A DNA stretch of 41,968 nt from Candidatus Caldarchaeales archaeon. GTDB taxonomy: Archaea; Thermoproteota; Nitrososphaeria_A; Caldarchaeales; Wolframiiraptoraceae. The notes beneath the pieces were generated by a model. It was not told where the DNA came from. It ran no database searches and was given only the letters and a program-made list of their open reading frames with translations. Positions 28,993 through 38,070 of the stretch are shown piece after piece. Both the position numbers and the translations under genes were made by a program. Numbering within the stretch: the first letter of the stretch is position 1; the number at the start of each line of letters is the position of its first letter. The stretch lies in NCBI GenBank assembly GCA_039630055.1, contig JBCNVN010000009.1, forward strand, positions 1 through 41,968, read 5' to 3'.

Positions 28993-31854
28993 ATGGATAC
29001 ACAGATCCTTGATGAAGATGAAGTATTAAATATGTTGGCTAAACCTGTGGCAGAAGCATTCAAAGAGAGATTTAAACATCTTACCCCTCCCCAATTATAC
29101 GCTATACCTAAGATAATCGAGGGTAAGAATATACTCTTGATCGCTCCGACCGGCACAGGTAAGACAGAAGCAGTTCTGCTACCTATCTTAAGCAAGATGT
29201 TAGTGGAGGCTGATGGTCATGGAATAAAACTTCTATACATAACTCCTTTGAGAGCGCTTAATAGAGATCTATTAGATAGGATTGATTGGTGGGCTCATAG
29301 ACTAGATCTTAAGGTTGCTGTAAGACATGGTGATACAGCATCTCGTGAGAGAAGAATACAGACGATCTCTCCACCAGATATACTTATAACAACTCCGGAA
29401 ACACTTCAAGTCATTCTTACAGCTAAAGTTCTGAGAAACTATTTGAGAAGCGTCAGATGGGTTATAGTTGACGAGGTTCATGAACTTGCAACAGATAAGA
29501 GGGGTGCACAACTCTCTATAGCTCTTGAAAGGCTTAGACTGATAACTAGTCTGGATTTCCAGAGGATCGGTCTCTCCGCAACTATCGGGAGCCCTAGTAA
29601 GGTTGCAGAATATCTTGTAGGAGAAGGTAGAGAGTTCGAGATAATAGATGCCTCGGTAACTAGGAGTATGAAGATAGACATCCTGTATCCAACTCCAGAT
29701 AGTGAAGACTATGATATGGCTGAGAAGCTTGGAGTATTTCCAGACGTGGCCTCAAGGCTTAGAACGATAAAGAGATTGATAGATGAACATGAATCAACAC
29801 TCATATTTACAAATACTCGACCTCTTGCAGAGATACTGACGAATAGATTTAGGCTCTGGGATCAGCAAATGCCGGTGGGCATACATCATGGTTCCCTATC
29901 TAAGTCTACGAGAATTACAGCTGAGCATGGATTAAAAAGTGGTGAACTGGTTGGAATAATATGTACATCATCTCTAGAGCTCGGGATAGATGTTGGGAGA
30001 ATAGATCTATGCATTCAGTACAATTCTCCTAGAGAGGTTACTAGGCTTGTTCAGAGGATTGGTAGAAGTGGGCATTCGTTAGAGAAGACTGCTAAGGGAG
30101 CGATAATAGTCATGGATTCAGATGATGCATTAGAATCCATGGTCATCTCTAGGAGAGCTAGAGATAATCAACTAGAAGACGTCTTGATCCCGGTTAACTC
30201 TCTAGATGTCTTGATGCATCAGGTCGCTGGACTCTTGATAGAATACGGTAGGATGAAAATAGACGATATCTTAACGATCTTTAAGAGATCCTACAACTTT
30301 AAAGACTTGACCATAGATACATTGAGAGACTTATTACAGCATATGTCTACTCTTGGAATAGCTGAAGTAAGGAATGGAACCGTATCGAAGCCTAGAAATA
30401 GCATGCTGTTATACGAATACTACTTTAGCAATCTATCGATGATTCCAGAAGAACATCAGTATCTAGTAATAGAGGAGAAGAGTGGTGAGCCGGTAGGGAT
30501 ACTAGATGAAGAATTTGTAGCAGAGTATGGTGAGCCTGGAACTAGATTTATACTGACCGGTAGGGTTTGGGAGATACTCCACATGGAAGTTGACAGAATA
30601 TATGTTTCAGCTATAGAGGATTATGAGGGCGCGGTGCCTAGCTGGGTTGGAGACGAGATACCTGTACCTTATGAGGTAGCTCAGGAAGTAGGAGCTCTTA
30701 GAAGAGAATATGCTGAGAGAAGATTATCAGGTGAAGATCCTAAATCTATCATAAATGATTTTACTGATAGATATAGCGTCGGAAAAGATGTAGTCTATAG
30801 AGCTTTCAGAGAGGTTGAAGAACATCTAGAGAAGGAGATACCGGTTCCAACAGATAAGACGATCTTCATAGAGTATACGGACCCATACGTTATATTTCAT
30901 ATACATGGTGGATTAAAGGCGAATAGAACCATACAGAAGGTATTGGCATATACTATATCTGAAAAGGTTGGTGCACCGATATTTGGTCAGCAGAACCCTT
31001 ATAGGATAGTATTCAGGTCTAAGCATATAACAGATAGAACTGTAATTGATAGTATAAGAGAGGTTTTGGAGGATGGTTTCGAGGAGAAGGTTAAGAAGGC
31101 TGTAGAATCTTCTACACTATTCAAACGTAGACTTATCCACGTAGCTAGAAAGATGGGTGTAATCAAGAGTGAAGCAAGCATAGCGGACTTAAACTTGAAC
31201 CAATTCTCAGAAACATTGAAAGATACAGTAGTTTATAGAGAAGCTTTAAACTATACGCTCTTCCACGATTTCGACTTGGAAGCATCTAGAAGGCTTCTAG
31301 AAGATCTTCTTAAAGGTAGGATCAAGCTGGTAGAGTGGAGTAATATCTCCTCGGGTCCATCACCATTAGCAAAGATAACTTTATCTAGGTTTGAGCATGA
31401 AGGAGAGATAACATCAAGTGAAGGTATGAAGAAGCTTGTAGTAACTTCTGTGAAGACAAGGCTACTCTACGAGCCGTGGATACAAGCATGTACAGATTGT
31501 TTCGAATACTATGAGAAGGTCTTAGTTAAAGATATGAAAGAGAAAACTCTCTGTCCTGTCTGTGGATCAGATAGAATAGGGATTGCTAGATGTGAGCTAG
31601 AAGATGTCTTAGGGTTGATAGCTAGAAAGGGTAGACCAATAAATAGGAAAGAGAAGAAGATACTTGCAGAGTTTAGAAGAAGCTCGGTTTTAATCCAGAG
31701 ATATGGTAGGGCGGCTGCAATCGTTCTTTCTTCAAGAGGGTTGACATGGAAAGAAGCGGTTGAGATACTGAAGGTTGAGGGTAAAGAGAGCTGGAAATTA
31801 GTAGAGTTAATAATAGAGGCGGAGAAGAAAGCTCTTCAGAGAAGATTTCAATAA
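28993..31854 (+). CDS. lhr: Lhr-family SF2 helicase with C-terminal zinc finger
   Basis: APTGTGKT, TPLRALNRD, DEVHE, LSAT, HHGSLS, SSLELGID, QRIGRSGH; CTDC...CPVC near the C-terminus. Confidence 0.93.
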   Translation: MDTQILDEDEVLNMLAKPVAEAFKERFKHLTPPQLYAIPKIIEGKNILLIAPTGTGKTEAVLLPILSKMLVEADGHGIKLLYITPLRALNRDLLDRIDWWAHRLDLKVAVRHGDTASRERRIQTISPPDILITTPETLQVILTAKVLRNYLRSVRWVIVDEVHELATDKRGAQLSIALERLRLITSLDFQRIGLSATIGSPSKVAEYLVGEGREFEIIDASVTRSMKIDILYPTPDSEDYDMAEKLGVFPDVASRLRTIKRLIDEHESTLIFTNTRPLAEILTNRFRLWDQQMPVGIHHGSLSKSTRITAEHGLKSGELVGIICTSSLELGIDVGRIDLCIQYNSPREVTRLVQRIGRSGHSLEKTAKGAIIVMDSDDALESMVISRRARDNQLEDVLIPVNSLDVLMHQVAGLLIEYGRMKIDDILTIFKRSYNFKDLTIDTLRDLLQHMSTLGIAEVRNGTVSKPRNSMLLYEYYFSNLSMIPEEHQYLVIEEKSGEPVGILDEEFVAEYGEPGTRFILTGRVWEILHMEVDRIYVSAIEDYEGAVPSWVGDEIPVPYEVAQEVGALRREYAERRLSGEDPKSIINDFTDRYSVGKDVVYRAFREVEEHLEKEIPVPTDKTIFIEYTDPYVIFHIHGGLKANRTIQKVLAYTISEKVGAPIFGQQNPYRIVFRSKHITDRTVIDSIREVLEDGFEEKVKKAVESSTLFKRRLIHVARKMGVIKSEASIADLNLNQFSETLKDTVVYREALNYTLFHDFDLEASRRLLEDLLKGRIKLVEWSNISSGPSPLAKITLSRFEHEGEITSSEGMKKLVVTSVKTRLLYEPWIQACTDCFEYYEKVLVKDMKEKTLCPVCGSDRIGIARCELEDVLGLIARKGRPINRKEKKILAEFRRSSVLIQRYGRAAAIVLSSRGLTWKEAVEILKVEGKESWKLVELIIEAEKKALQRRFQ

Positions 31855-31903
31855 ATATTCGATCTAGAGGGGTCAAAATATACAAAGATACTTATTAGAT
31901 GGG

Positions 31904-31926
31904 TATTTGTAACAAATATTTAAATA
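31904..31926 (+). promoter_or_regulatory. 7-1-7 palindrome TATTTGT-A-ACAAATA directly upstream of TATA box TTTAAATA
   Basis: Perfect inverted repeat at 31904-31918 followed by TTTAAATA at 31919-31926, upstream of the regulator gene (SD AGGAGG). Confidence 0.55.
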
Positions 31927-31965
31927 AGATAAGAAGCTATTGAAAAATAGAATAGGAGGCAATAT

Positions 31966-33003
31966 ATGGAGCAGGCCGCTAAGGTAGTAGAGGCTTTAAT
32001 GAGATATGGACCTAGATATTTGAAAATCTCCAAGGAAACCGGAGTACCAGTAACAACGGTAAGATATATAATACGAGAGAAACTACCTAAACTAGGATTT
32101 ATAGTTAGTACAGCGATAAACTATGGAATGCTAGGGTTACAGAGATACCTAGTGATTCTAGAGACATCATTACCTCTTGAAGACATGTGTAGCCTGCTCG
32201 ATATGCTTGGAGAGAGAGCATACTTAAACTATTATACATATCTTATGAAAGAGAAGAAGTTCTTAACAATATTCTCGATTCCTCCATCCTTCCAAGATTC
32301 TTTCATAAACTTTCTAGATGAAATGTCTTATTCAAGATTAATTACAAACTATGTTGTTAACAAGCTGGAATATAGAAGGTTGATTCCTTTTAGAACAGAT
32401 TGTTTCGACTTCAATCATGGTATATGGTCTCAGAATTGGGATGAAAAGAGTAGAAACGAAGATTTGCCAGAAATTTATGAGAGACCAACCACATTTGAAG
32501 ATTTAAAATCTCTAGACTTAAAGATACTTGGAAAACTGAGCATTAATACTTTTATGAAATGCACCGAGCTGGCAGAACAGTTAAAAGTAACGAGACAGAC
32601 GATTAAACGACATTATGAAAAGATAAGAAGAGTAATATATATGTATAGTTTATTGTGGATGCCTCACGAGAATCCTGAGCTTGTATCAACGCCATTAATA
32701 GTAAAGCTACCCTATAGTACAGCATCTCGTAGGGTAATGCTCACAATACCGTTTAGCCATCTAGAGATGAAAACCGATGATGAAAAATATTATGTGATGC
32801 TCTTCCTTCCATCTTTAGGATTTTACAAAACTATCAGATATATGAGTGAGAGAGCCGATATAGAGTTGATCGATTTCTTGAGTATGAGGTTTAGTGCAAA
32901 CTTTCTTGCAGATGGATTACCATATGTTGATGGTAAAGGCTGGATAGATATCTTCGGTCTAATTACTGAAAAAATATTGGAGAAGGTTAAGATGTTCAAG
33001 TAG
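31966..33003 (+). CDS. Tandem Lrp/AsnC-like (double HTH) transcriptional regulator
   Basis: N-terminal HTH (KISKETGVPVTTVRY), INYGMLGL Lrp-type linker, second HTH (LDLKILGKL...ELAEQLKVTRQTIKRH). Confidence 0.75.
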   Translation: MEQAAKVVEALMRYGPRYLKISKETGVPVTTVRYIIREKLPKLGFIVSTAINYGMLGLQRYLVILETSLPLEDMCSLLDMLGERAYLNYYTYLMKEKKFLTIFSIPPSFQDSFINFLDEMSYSRLITNYVVNKLEYRRLIPFRTDCFDFNHGIWSQNWDEKSRNEDLPEIYERPTTFEDLKSLDLKILGKLSINTFMKCTELAEQLKVTRQTIKRHYEKIRRVIYMYSLLWMPHENPELVSTPLIVKLPYSTASRRVMLTIPFSHLEMKTDDEKYYVMLFLPSLGFYKTIRYMSERADIELIDFLSMRFSANFLADGLPYVDGKGWIDIFGLITEKILEKVKMFK

Positions 33004-33007
33004 TTTT

Positions 33008-33151
33008 CTATGTAGGTACTTTGCCAGACTTTGTACCTATGACTTCTATGCCCAAGGCTAACATCGTCGCTGTCAATGCTGCTTGTATCAACAGTAGTAT
33101 CAACAGCTCTTTAGATAGCCCTATTTTTAATGCAAACTCCTCTAGATGCAT
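33008..33151 (-). CDS. 47-aa hydrophobic peptide, unannotated small ORF
   Basis: MHLEEFALKIGLSKELLILLLIQAALTATMLALGIEVIGTKSGKVPT*. A purine-rich BRE-like run plus TTATATAT lies ~22-29 nt upstream of the ATG (leaderless promoter); the stop lies 4 nt from the regulator stop. Confidence 0.65.
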   Translation of the reverse strand: MHLEEFALKIGLSKELLILLLIQAALTATMLALGIEVIGTKSGKVPT

Positions 33152-33302
33152 GTTATATACTTTTATATAGTCATATATAACATTTTTTCTAAAATATATT
33201 CAACATTTTATAAATACGTTAACATTGCTTATAAGATTTCTCTAAAGAGGTTATGTAGCCTACTTCTGTAAAAATATTAAAGAAAGAATCTTTCTAAAAC
33301 CT

Positions 33303-33321
33303 TTTGTTACAACTTTTAAAT
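33303..33321 (+). promoter_or_regulatory. Second copy of TTTGTWACAA followed by TTTTAAAT
   Basis: TTTGTTACAA at 33303-33312, TATA-like element at 33314-33321, in the peptide/ParA divergent region. Confidence 0.4.
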
Positions 33322-33420
33322 CCCATTCCCATCAACACTATTACAAAAATAATCCAGGTTTTCTAAAAAATGATATCATATCTCAATTTAGATTTTTAAA
33401 ATAGAGTTATATTAGTAAAT

Positions 33421-34224
33421 ATGATCATTTTGCCGATGGTTTTCTCTGTACAACATTCTAGAGGTGGATCTGGAGCTACATCGATAGCTTTAACACTTGC
33501 ATACAATTTAGCTCAGAGAGGAAGGACACTATATGTTGAGGCAGACTTCTTAAACCCTGTACTTGAACATCTTATCCCCATAGAGAGACATGTTGCAAGA
33601 TGGTCTAATGACTGGATTACAGGTGAGGCCTCGATAGAGGAGGCCTCGATGGATGTAAGTGGCATCGCTGGTCTACCCTCTCAGAGCCTTCACGTAGTCT
33701 ATGCAAATACTTCTGAAGGTGCTAGAAGAAGAATGGAGATTCTAGATGCAGAAAAAGATAAGAGAATGGTTAAGACTTTAGAACGTGAAAGATGGATTAT
33801 TAGAGATGAACCTCTAGACTATGTAGTAATCGATACTCCACCATGGATGTTCTATACTTTAGCGGTAGTAAGCCTCGTCTCAAATTATATACTATATGTT
33901 TTGAGACCGAGCCTTTATGAAGCTAGAATCTTTTCGGATAGAATGGAGAATATATATTCACATTTTACATGTCTCATTAAACCTGTAATCAACTTTTACA
34001 ATCCAAGTAGCACAACCGTTAAGAAGTTTGAGAAAGAGTTTAAAGAATATTTTAGCGGAGACTACATAAAGATACCTACTATACCTGAAATATCATCCGG
34101 AATAGATATCTCGTGGATCTTCAGTCCCTCTAACAGATATACAGATCATCTGAGAGAGATCTTTAAAGAGATGCCGGCTTCAAGAGACACTATTCATACT
34201 TATGATAAGATTAAAGTTCGTTGA
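33421..34224 (+). CDS. ParA/MinD (SIMIBI) family protein with atypical Walker A
   Basis: HSRGGSGATS, LYVEADFLNP, DYVVIDTPP, PVIN. Confidence 0.82.
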   Translation: MIILPMVFSVQHSRGGSGATSIALTLAYNLAQRGRTLYVEADFLNPVLEHLIPIERHVARWSNDWITGEASIEEASMDVSGIAGLPSQSLHVVYANTSEGARRRMEILDAEKDKRMVKTLERERWIIRDEPLDYVVIDTPPWMFYTLAVVSLVSNYILYVLRPSLYEARIFSDRMENIYSHFTCLIKPVINFYNPSSTTVKKFEKEFKEYFSGDYIKIPTIPEISSGIDISWIFSPSNRYTDHLREIFKEMPASRDTIHTYDKIKVR

Positions 34225-34672
34225 ACGGCCTACTTGTTCGACAATATCTTCTTAATATCTCTGGATATTTCAGAACTATATCTTCAAGATCGAATATTCT
34301 CTTAACCTCGATTAGATTTAGTTCTAATCCATGAAGTGCTCTACCAAGTTTATGGAGACCTGGAAAGACTAGACGTAATGGAAGAGGTGTCTTAAATCTA
34401 TAGGCTTCACTGAATTCTATCTTCCTACACCATCCATTATTAATACAGAATTCTTTCTCATCTGGGTCTTCTATATCTGATAGCTCTTTAACCGAGGCAA
34501 CCTTCGAGTAGCCTACAAAAGAGTCTACTTCTTTCTTCATCAAGAAGAATGATAGATCACCTTTAGAGAATCTTCTCTTTAGGCTGGTGTAATAACAACA
34601 TCTACTATAGATTAGTTCTTCATATTCTGGTTCAGCTATCCTCAATATGAAGGCTTTAACAGTATTTGACAA
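34211..34672 (-). CDS. EVE/PUA-like domain protein
   Basis: KGDLSFF...FVGYSKV...IEF..AYRFKTPLPL pattern, typical of EVE/ASCH folds. Confidence 0.6.
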   Translation of the reverse strand: MSNTVKAFILRIAEPEYEELIYSRCCYYTSLKRRFSKGDLSFFLMKKEVDSFVGYSKVASVKELSDIEDPDEKEFCINNGWCRKIEFSEAYRFKTPLPLRLVFPGLHKLGRALHGLELNLIEVKRIFDLEDIVLKYPEILRRYCRTSRPFNEL

Positions 34673-34775
34673 TCCTTATAAATATATGGAAAACCATCTA
34701 TTAAAAGTTATTTAAGATTTTTAAAAAAGAGGATCTCATCAAAGTTTTGAAGATAAAAATGGGATAAAAATATTA

Positions 34776-36413
34776 TTAAGATCTTTTTTGTTTCTTCCTA
34801 ATTTGGTCTAGATACATGTATACGAGTAAGGATGCTGTAGAGACCGATATTATCATCGAGCCGGTTCTAAGAGGACCATCCTCTAATACAAACCTAATAT
34901 CTTCAACTTTATCATATGTATCCTTGATGACTATATAGTTGAATCCTGGACCCATCATAAAAACATCGAGCTCTTCTCTAGAGTCTGAAGCCTTCCAGCT
35001 AAATACGAGGTTCGAGACATATCTTTCTCTAAAGATTATGCCTTTGACCTTTGGAGGCACCTTGAACGATATAGATGTAGCTGAATCTCTGTACATCTGG
35101 GCCGGCTCGACCATGATACTCACATTATACATTATCAGTCTTCTCATAAAGTCTGCTTCAACAATATTTTGATATGCTAAAGTATGGTATGGTAGATTCA
35201 TCCCAGACCAGACGACTTCTCCATATCCATATCTAATGTAAGCAACTAAAACTCTGTCATTAGATATTAGGAGGGGTTCAGCTCCATCCCTAAGATACTC
35301 TAGGCTTGATGAACTAATAACCCAAGGGCCACCATCGTATACAGGTGGAGAGAAGATGTTCTCTGAGATGCCGGTCGTCAAGCTATGTTCAGCTATCTTA
35401 AAATTCCAGTCATTCTCTACTTTGGTCCTATAAGTATTTGAGACCGGTATAGGTAGAGGCATCTCTGAAGACTCATCGATAGATGGCATGGTCTCTATAA
35501 ATAATCTACCACCATCTGAAACATAATTCTCAAGAATCTGGAAGGCTTTCACCCTATCTCGATAACAATATCTGTAGAGAACTGTTACAGAAAACTTCTC
35601 CAAAACATCGGGTGGGATATCATCAATGCATCTTCCCTCAGCCCAGATTATGATAGGCGCGGGTTTACTATAGCTACTAATAGCAATAGACCTTAACAAG
35701 ACATCGTAACCTTCATAATCGGCAAAAACCAGTACGGCGCCACTATATAGAAATTCAGAGATAGGTGGTGCAAAGTCGTTCTCGAATATTGTAAAGTCGC
35801 CAAGTTTACCGATAGGGTTAAACTTTTCTTCAGCGATTTTAAAGGCTTCTTCAGAATCAGTGAGACCCAAATATCTTATAGAACTCCAATCGAGAAGATG
35901 CATGAAAGCATTTTCATTACTAGGGCTATTTGAAACATATGATAAAGTATACTCGAACCAATACTGCCAATCAAGATATAATATACCTTGAGCGTAGTAA
36001 CCTCTAGACATATAATAATCTGGTTTTAACAAAGAGATGATGTTGAATAGATGATCTTTTATACCTCCTATCCGGAAATGATTACCGAATATCGATGCTT
36101 GTAATTCATTGATAAGTTTAAACTCATGTGGAGATGAAAGATTCAGCGGGTCAAGTCTATGCCTTTCATATGATGGAATAAAAACATAGTGAAGAGATAT
36201 TGTTAATATTACTAGTATGAAGAAGACATATAGATGCTTTCTTCTCATACTTGATAAGATTATTCCAAGGACTATAGAGGAAAATATCGTTAGGTATTTC
36301 ATATAACGTGCAGGGTGGAATCCAGCGATCCAGGGAATGATTTTTTGAGTAGCTAAGAAAAAATGTATGATAAGTAAGATTGGAATCAGCGAGATGACGG
36401 CTACTCGGTTCAA
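34776..36413 (-). CDS. C-terminal part of a GT-C/YfhO-like ('6-pyruvoyl-tetrahydropterin synthase-related') membrane protein
   Basis: TM helices with PARY, then GYYAQG, LDWSSIRY, a GATase-like extracellular region (YVSDGGRLFIE, GYGEVVWSGMN), W.A and a C-terminal TM with basic tail. Confidence 0.7.
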   Translation of the reverse strand: MNRVAVISLIPILLIIHFFLATQKIIPWIAGFHPARYMKYLTIFSSIVLGIILSSMRRKHLYVFFILVILTISLHYVFIPSYERHRLDPLNLSSPHEFKLINELQASIFGNHFRIGGIKDHLFNIISLLKPDYYMSRGYYAQGILYLDWQYWFEYTLSYVSNSPSNENAFMHLLDWSSIRYLGLTDSEEAFKIAEEKFNPIGKLGDFTIFENDFAPPISEFLYSGAVLVFADYEGYDVLLRSIAISSYSKPAPIIIWAEGRCIDDIPPDVLEKFSVTVLYRYCYRDRVKAFQILENYVSDGGRLFIETMPSIDESSEMPLPIPVSNTYRTKVENDWNFKIAEHSLTTGISENIFSPPVYDGGPWVISSSSLEYLRDGAEPLLISNDRVLVAYIRYGYGEVVWSGMNLPYHTLAYQNIVEADFMRRLIMYNVSIMVEPAQMYRDSATSISFKVPPKVKGIIFRERYVSNLVFSWKASDSREELDVFMMGPGFNYIVIKDTYDKVEDIRFVLEDGPLRTGSMIISVSTASLLVYMYLDQIRKKQKRS

Positions 36414-37378
36414 AAAGGTTTTACGGTCTCTTCCTTTAAGATAATAAATATAATATATAAATATAATATATAAAGAATTAGGAATATGGGCGTACCAGGT
36501 AGAGAGCTACTGGTCTTAGGTAATGAAGGTATCTCTATCAATACGAAGACTGGGAGATAGTCGCCTATATTAAATGGATGGGGCAAATTTTCCACTAATC
36601 CTGGACGTATCTTTGTCGTTAGCTCGAAATAAATTAATGGTCCAAGGTATATCGTAGTCAAACCTACTAAGAAGATCAATAAGAGCGCTGTTCTTTTCAT
36701 TTTAATCTTCCAGCTTATCTCATCACTAAATATCCATAGAAGTGTTGAAAGTACTAGGAAGCCGCCAACCGCTTGATGACCCATAATAGAGAAAGAGGCG
36801 AGGGCTAGATAACCCATCAGATATATTCTTTTATTTGTTCGTAACCATTTCTCGATTAATAGCAGACCCCAGGGGATGGCTGGTAAAGTAAGAAATTCTG
36901 GATAGTTTCCACCCCATAACCAAGGTTCCAATAGACCTGGAGAAGATATTAGGAAAAAACTGGCACCGATTATTGGCATGATCTTACTACTACTTTCTAG
37001 TATGGATGAGAGAAGCGATACTATTCCAGCTAAAATAAGTATTGCTGAGAAGAAAGACATCCAGTTTAAAAGCTGTATGATCTGTAGATAGTTTAAATCA
37101 AAAATGATGGTCACGGTTGCAGGGAGTATGTACGTGGAGGGTGTATAGAACGTGAAATGCGGGTTCCCAAAATAATATGTTGGAAACCATTTGAATCCTT
37201 CAAACCCTAGAGACTTGATTATGTTGATTTTTGCAGAATGGGGTACTGCATCAACTCCTAAAGCCGTCTCTGGGAATCCCATAAAATTAGACAGTATATA
37301 ATATAGTATAGTCCCGTAAGATATGAGAAGTGTGAAAATAACTATTGAGTATCTTAAATCTCGATTTCTATTAACCAT
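36410..37378 (-). CDS. N-terminal part of a GT-C/YfhO-like membrane protein
   Basis: GVDAVPH, WFPTYYFGNPHFTFYTP first-loop motif, GNYPE, many TM helices; paralogous to 38023-40050. Confidence 0.72.
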   Translation of the reverse strand: MVNRNRDLRYSIVIFTLLISYGTILYYILSNFMGFPETALGVDAVPHSAKINIIKSLGFEGFKWFPTYYFGNPHFTFYTPSTYILPATVTIIFDLNYLQIIQLLNWMSFFSAILILAGIVSLLSSILESSSKIMPIIGASFFLISSPGLLEPWLWGGNYPEFLTLPAIPWGLLLIEKWLRTNKRIYLMGYLALASFSIMGHQAVGGFLVLSTLLWIFSDEISWKIKMKRTALLLIFLVGLTTIYLGPLIYFELTTKIRPGLVENLPHPFNIGDYLPVFVLIEIPSLPKTSSSLPGTPIFLILYILYLYIIFIILKEETVKPF

Positions 37379-37452
37379 CTTCTTAAGCCTAGTGATTATG
37401 AATAGTTATGAAAAATTTAAATTAAACTTTTAATGCAATTCCACGAATTGGG

Positions 37453-38070
37453 TTGTTTTTACCGGGACGTCAAATCAAGTCTTATTACATCTATGAAGAA
37501 CGTTATGATTGGCTTACCGAACCTAGAAGATTTGAGAAAATATATCATCATCTCAGAGCTAGAGCTTACCTAAAGAATCTTCTCAAGATTAATCGTTCTA
37601 GCTGGATACTCGATGCAGGCTGCGGAACCGGGTTGATTACTATAAGCATTCCTCCACCTGTAATTGGAGTAGATATAAATCTATGGAACTTGAGAAAACT
37701 TCAGTCTAGATTAAGAGATAAAGAGCTTGTCCAAGCAGACTTAGAACATCTACCATTTAGAGATAATTGTTTTAGTGTTGTAAGCTGTACAGAAGTTTTG
37801 GAACATCTACCATTACCTGAGAAGGCTGTTAGAGAATTTTATAGAGTTTTAGAGGATGGAGGAGTGTTGATTGGCACCGTACCCAGCATACATCCAGTAT
37901 GGCGTTTTAGAAGATATCTCCTTACAACTTGTCCAGTCTCTGAACCTTTCCATAGAAACTATACAAGTAGACAAATAAGAGAGATGTTAAAGATCTTTCC
38001 AAAGATTAAGATTAGGTGCTTCCTACTTTGCATGAATTTGTTTTTTGAATCTTATAAAACTTCTACTTGA
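37453..38070 (+). CDS. Class I SAM-dependent methyltransferase
   Basis: ILDAGCGTG, GVDIN, ADLEHLPF, EVLEHL, RVLEDGG. Confidence 0.88.
   Translation: MFLPGRQIKSYYIYEERYDWLTEPRRFEKIYHHLRARAYLKNLLKINRSSWILDAGCGTGLITISIPPPVIGVDINLWNLRKLQSRLRDKELVQADLEHLPFRDNCFSVVSCTEVLEHLPLPEKAVREFYRVLEDGGVLIGTVPSIHPVWRFRRYLLTTCPVSEPFHRNYTSRQIREMLKIFPKIKIRCFLLCMNLFFESYKTST

Noticed and set aside
937-35172. Numerous antisense/overlapping ORFs in the track (e.g. 2855-3352, 8559-9185, 13488-14207, 24900-25394)
   Set aside because: Ser/Ile/Leu-rich shadows of well-supported genes on the opposite strand.
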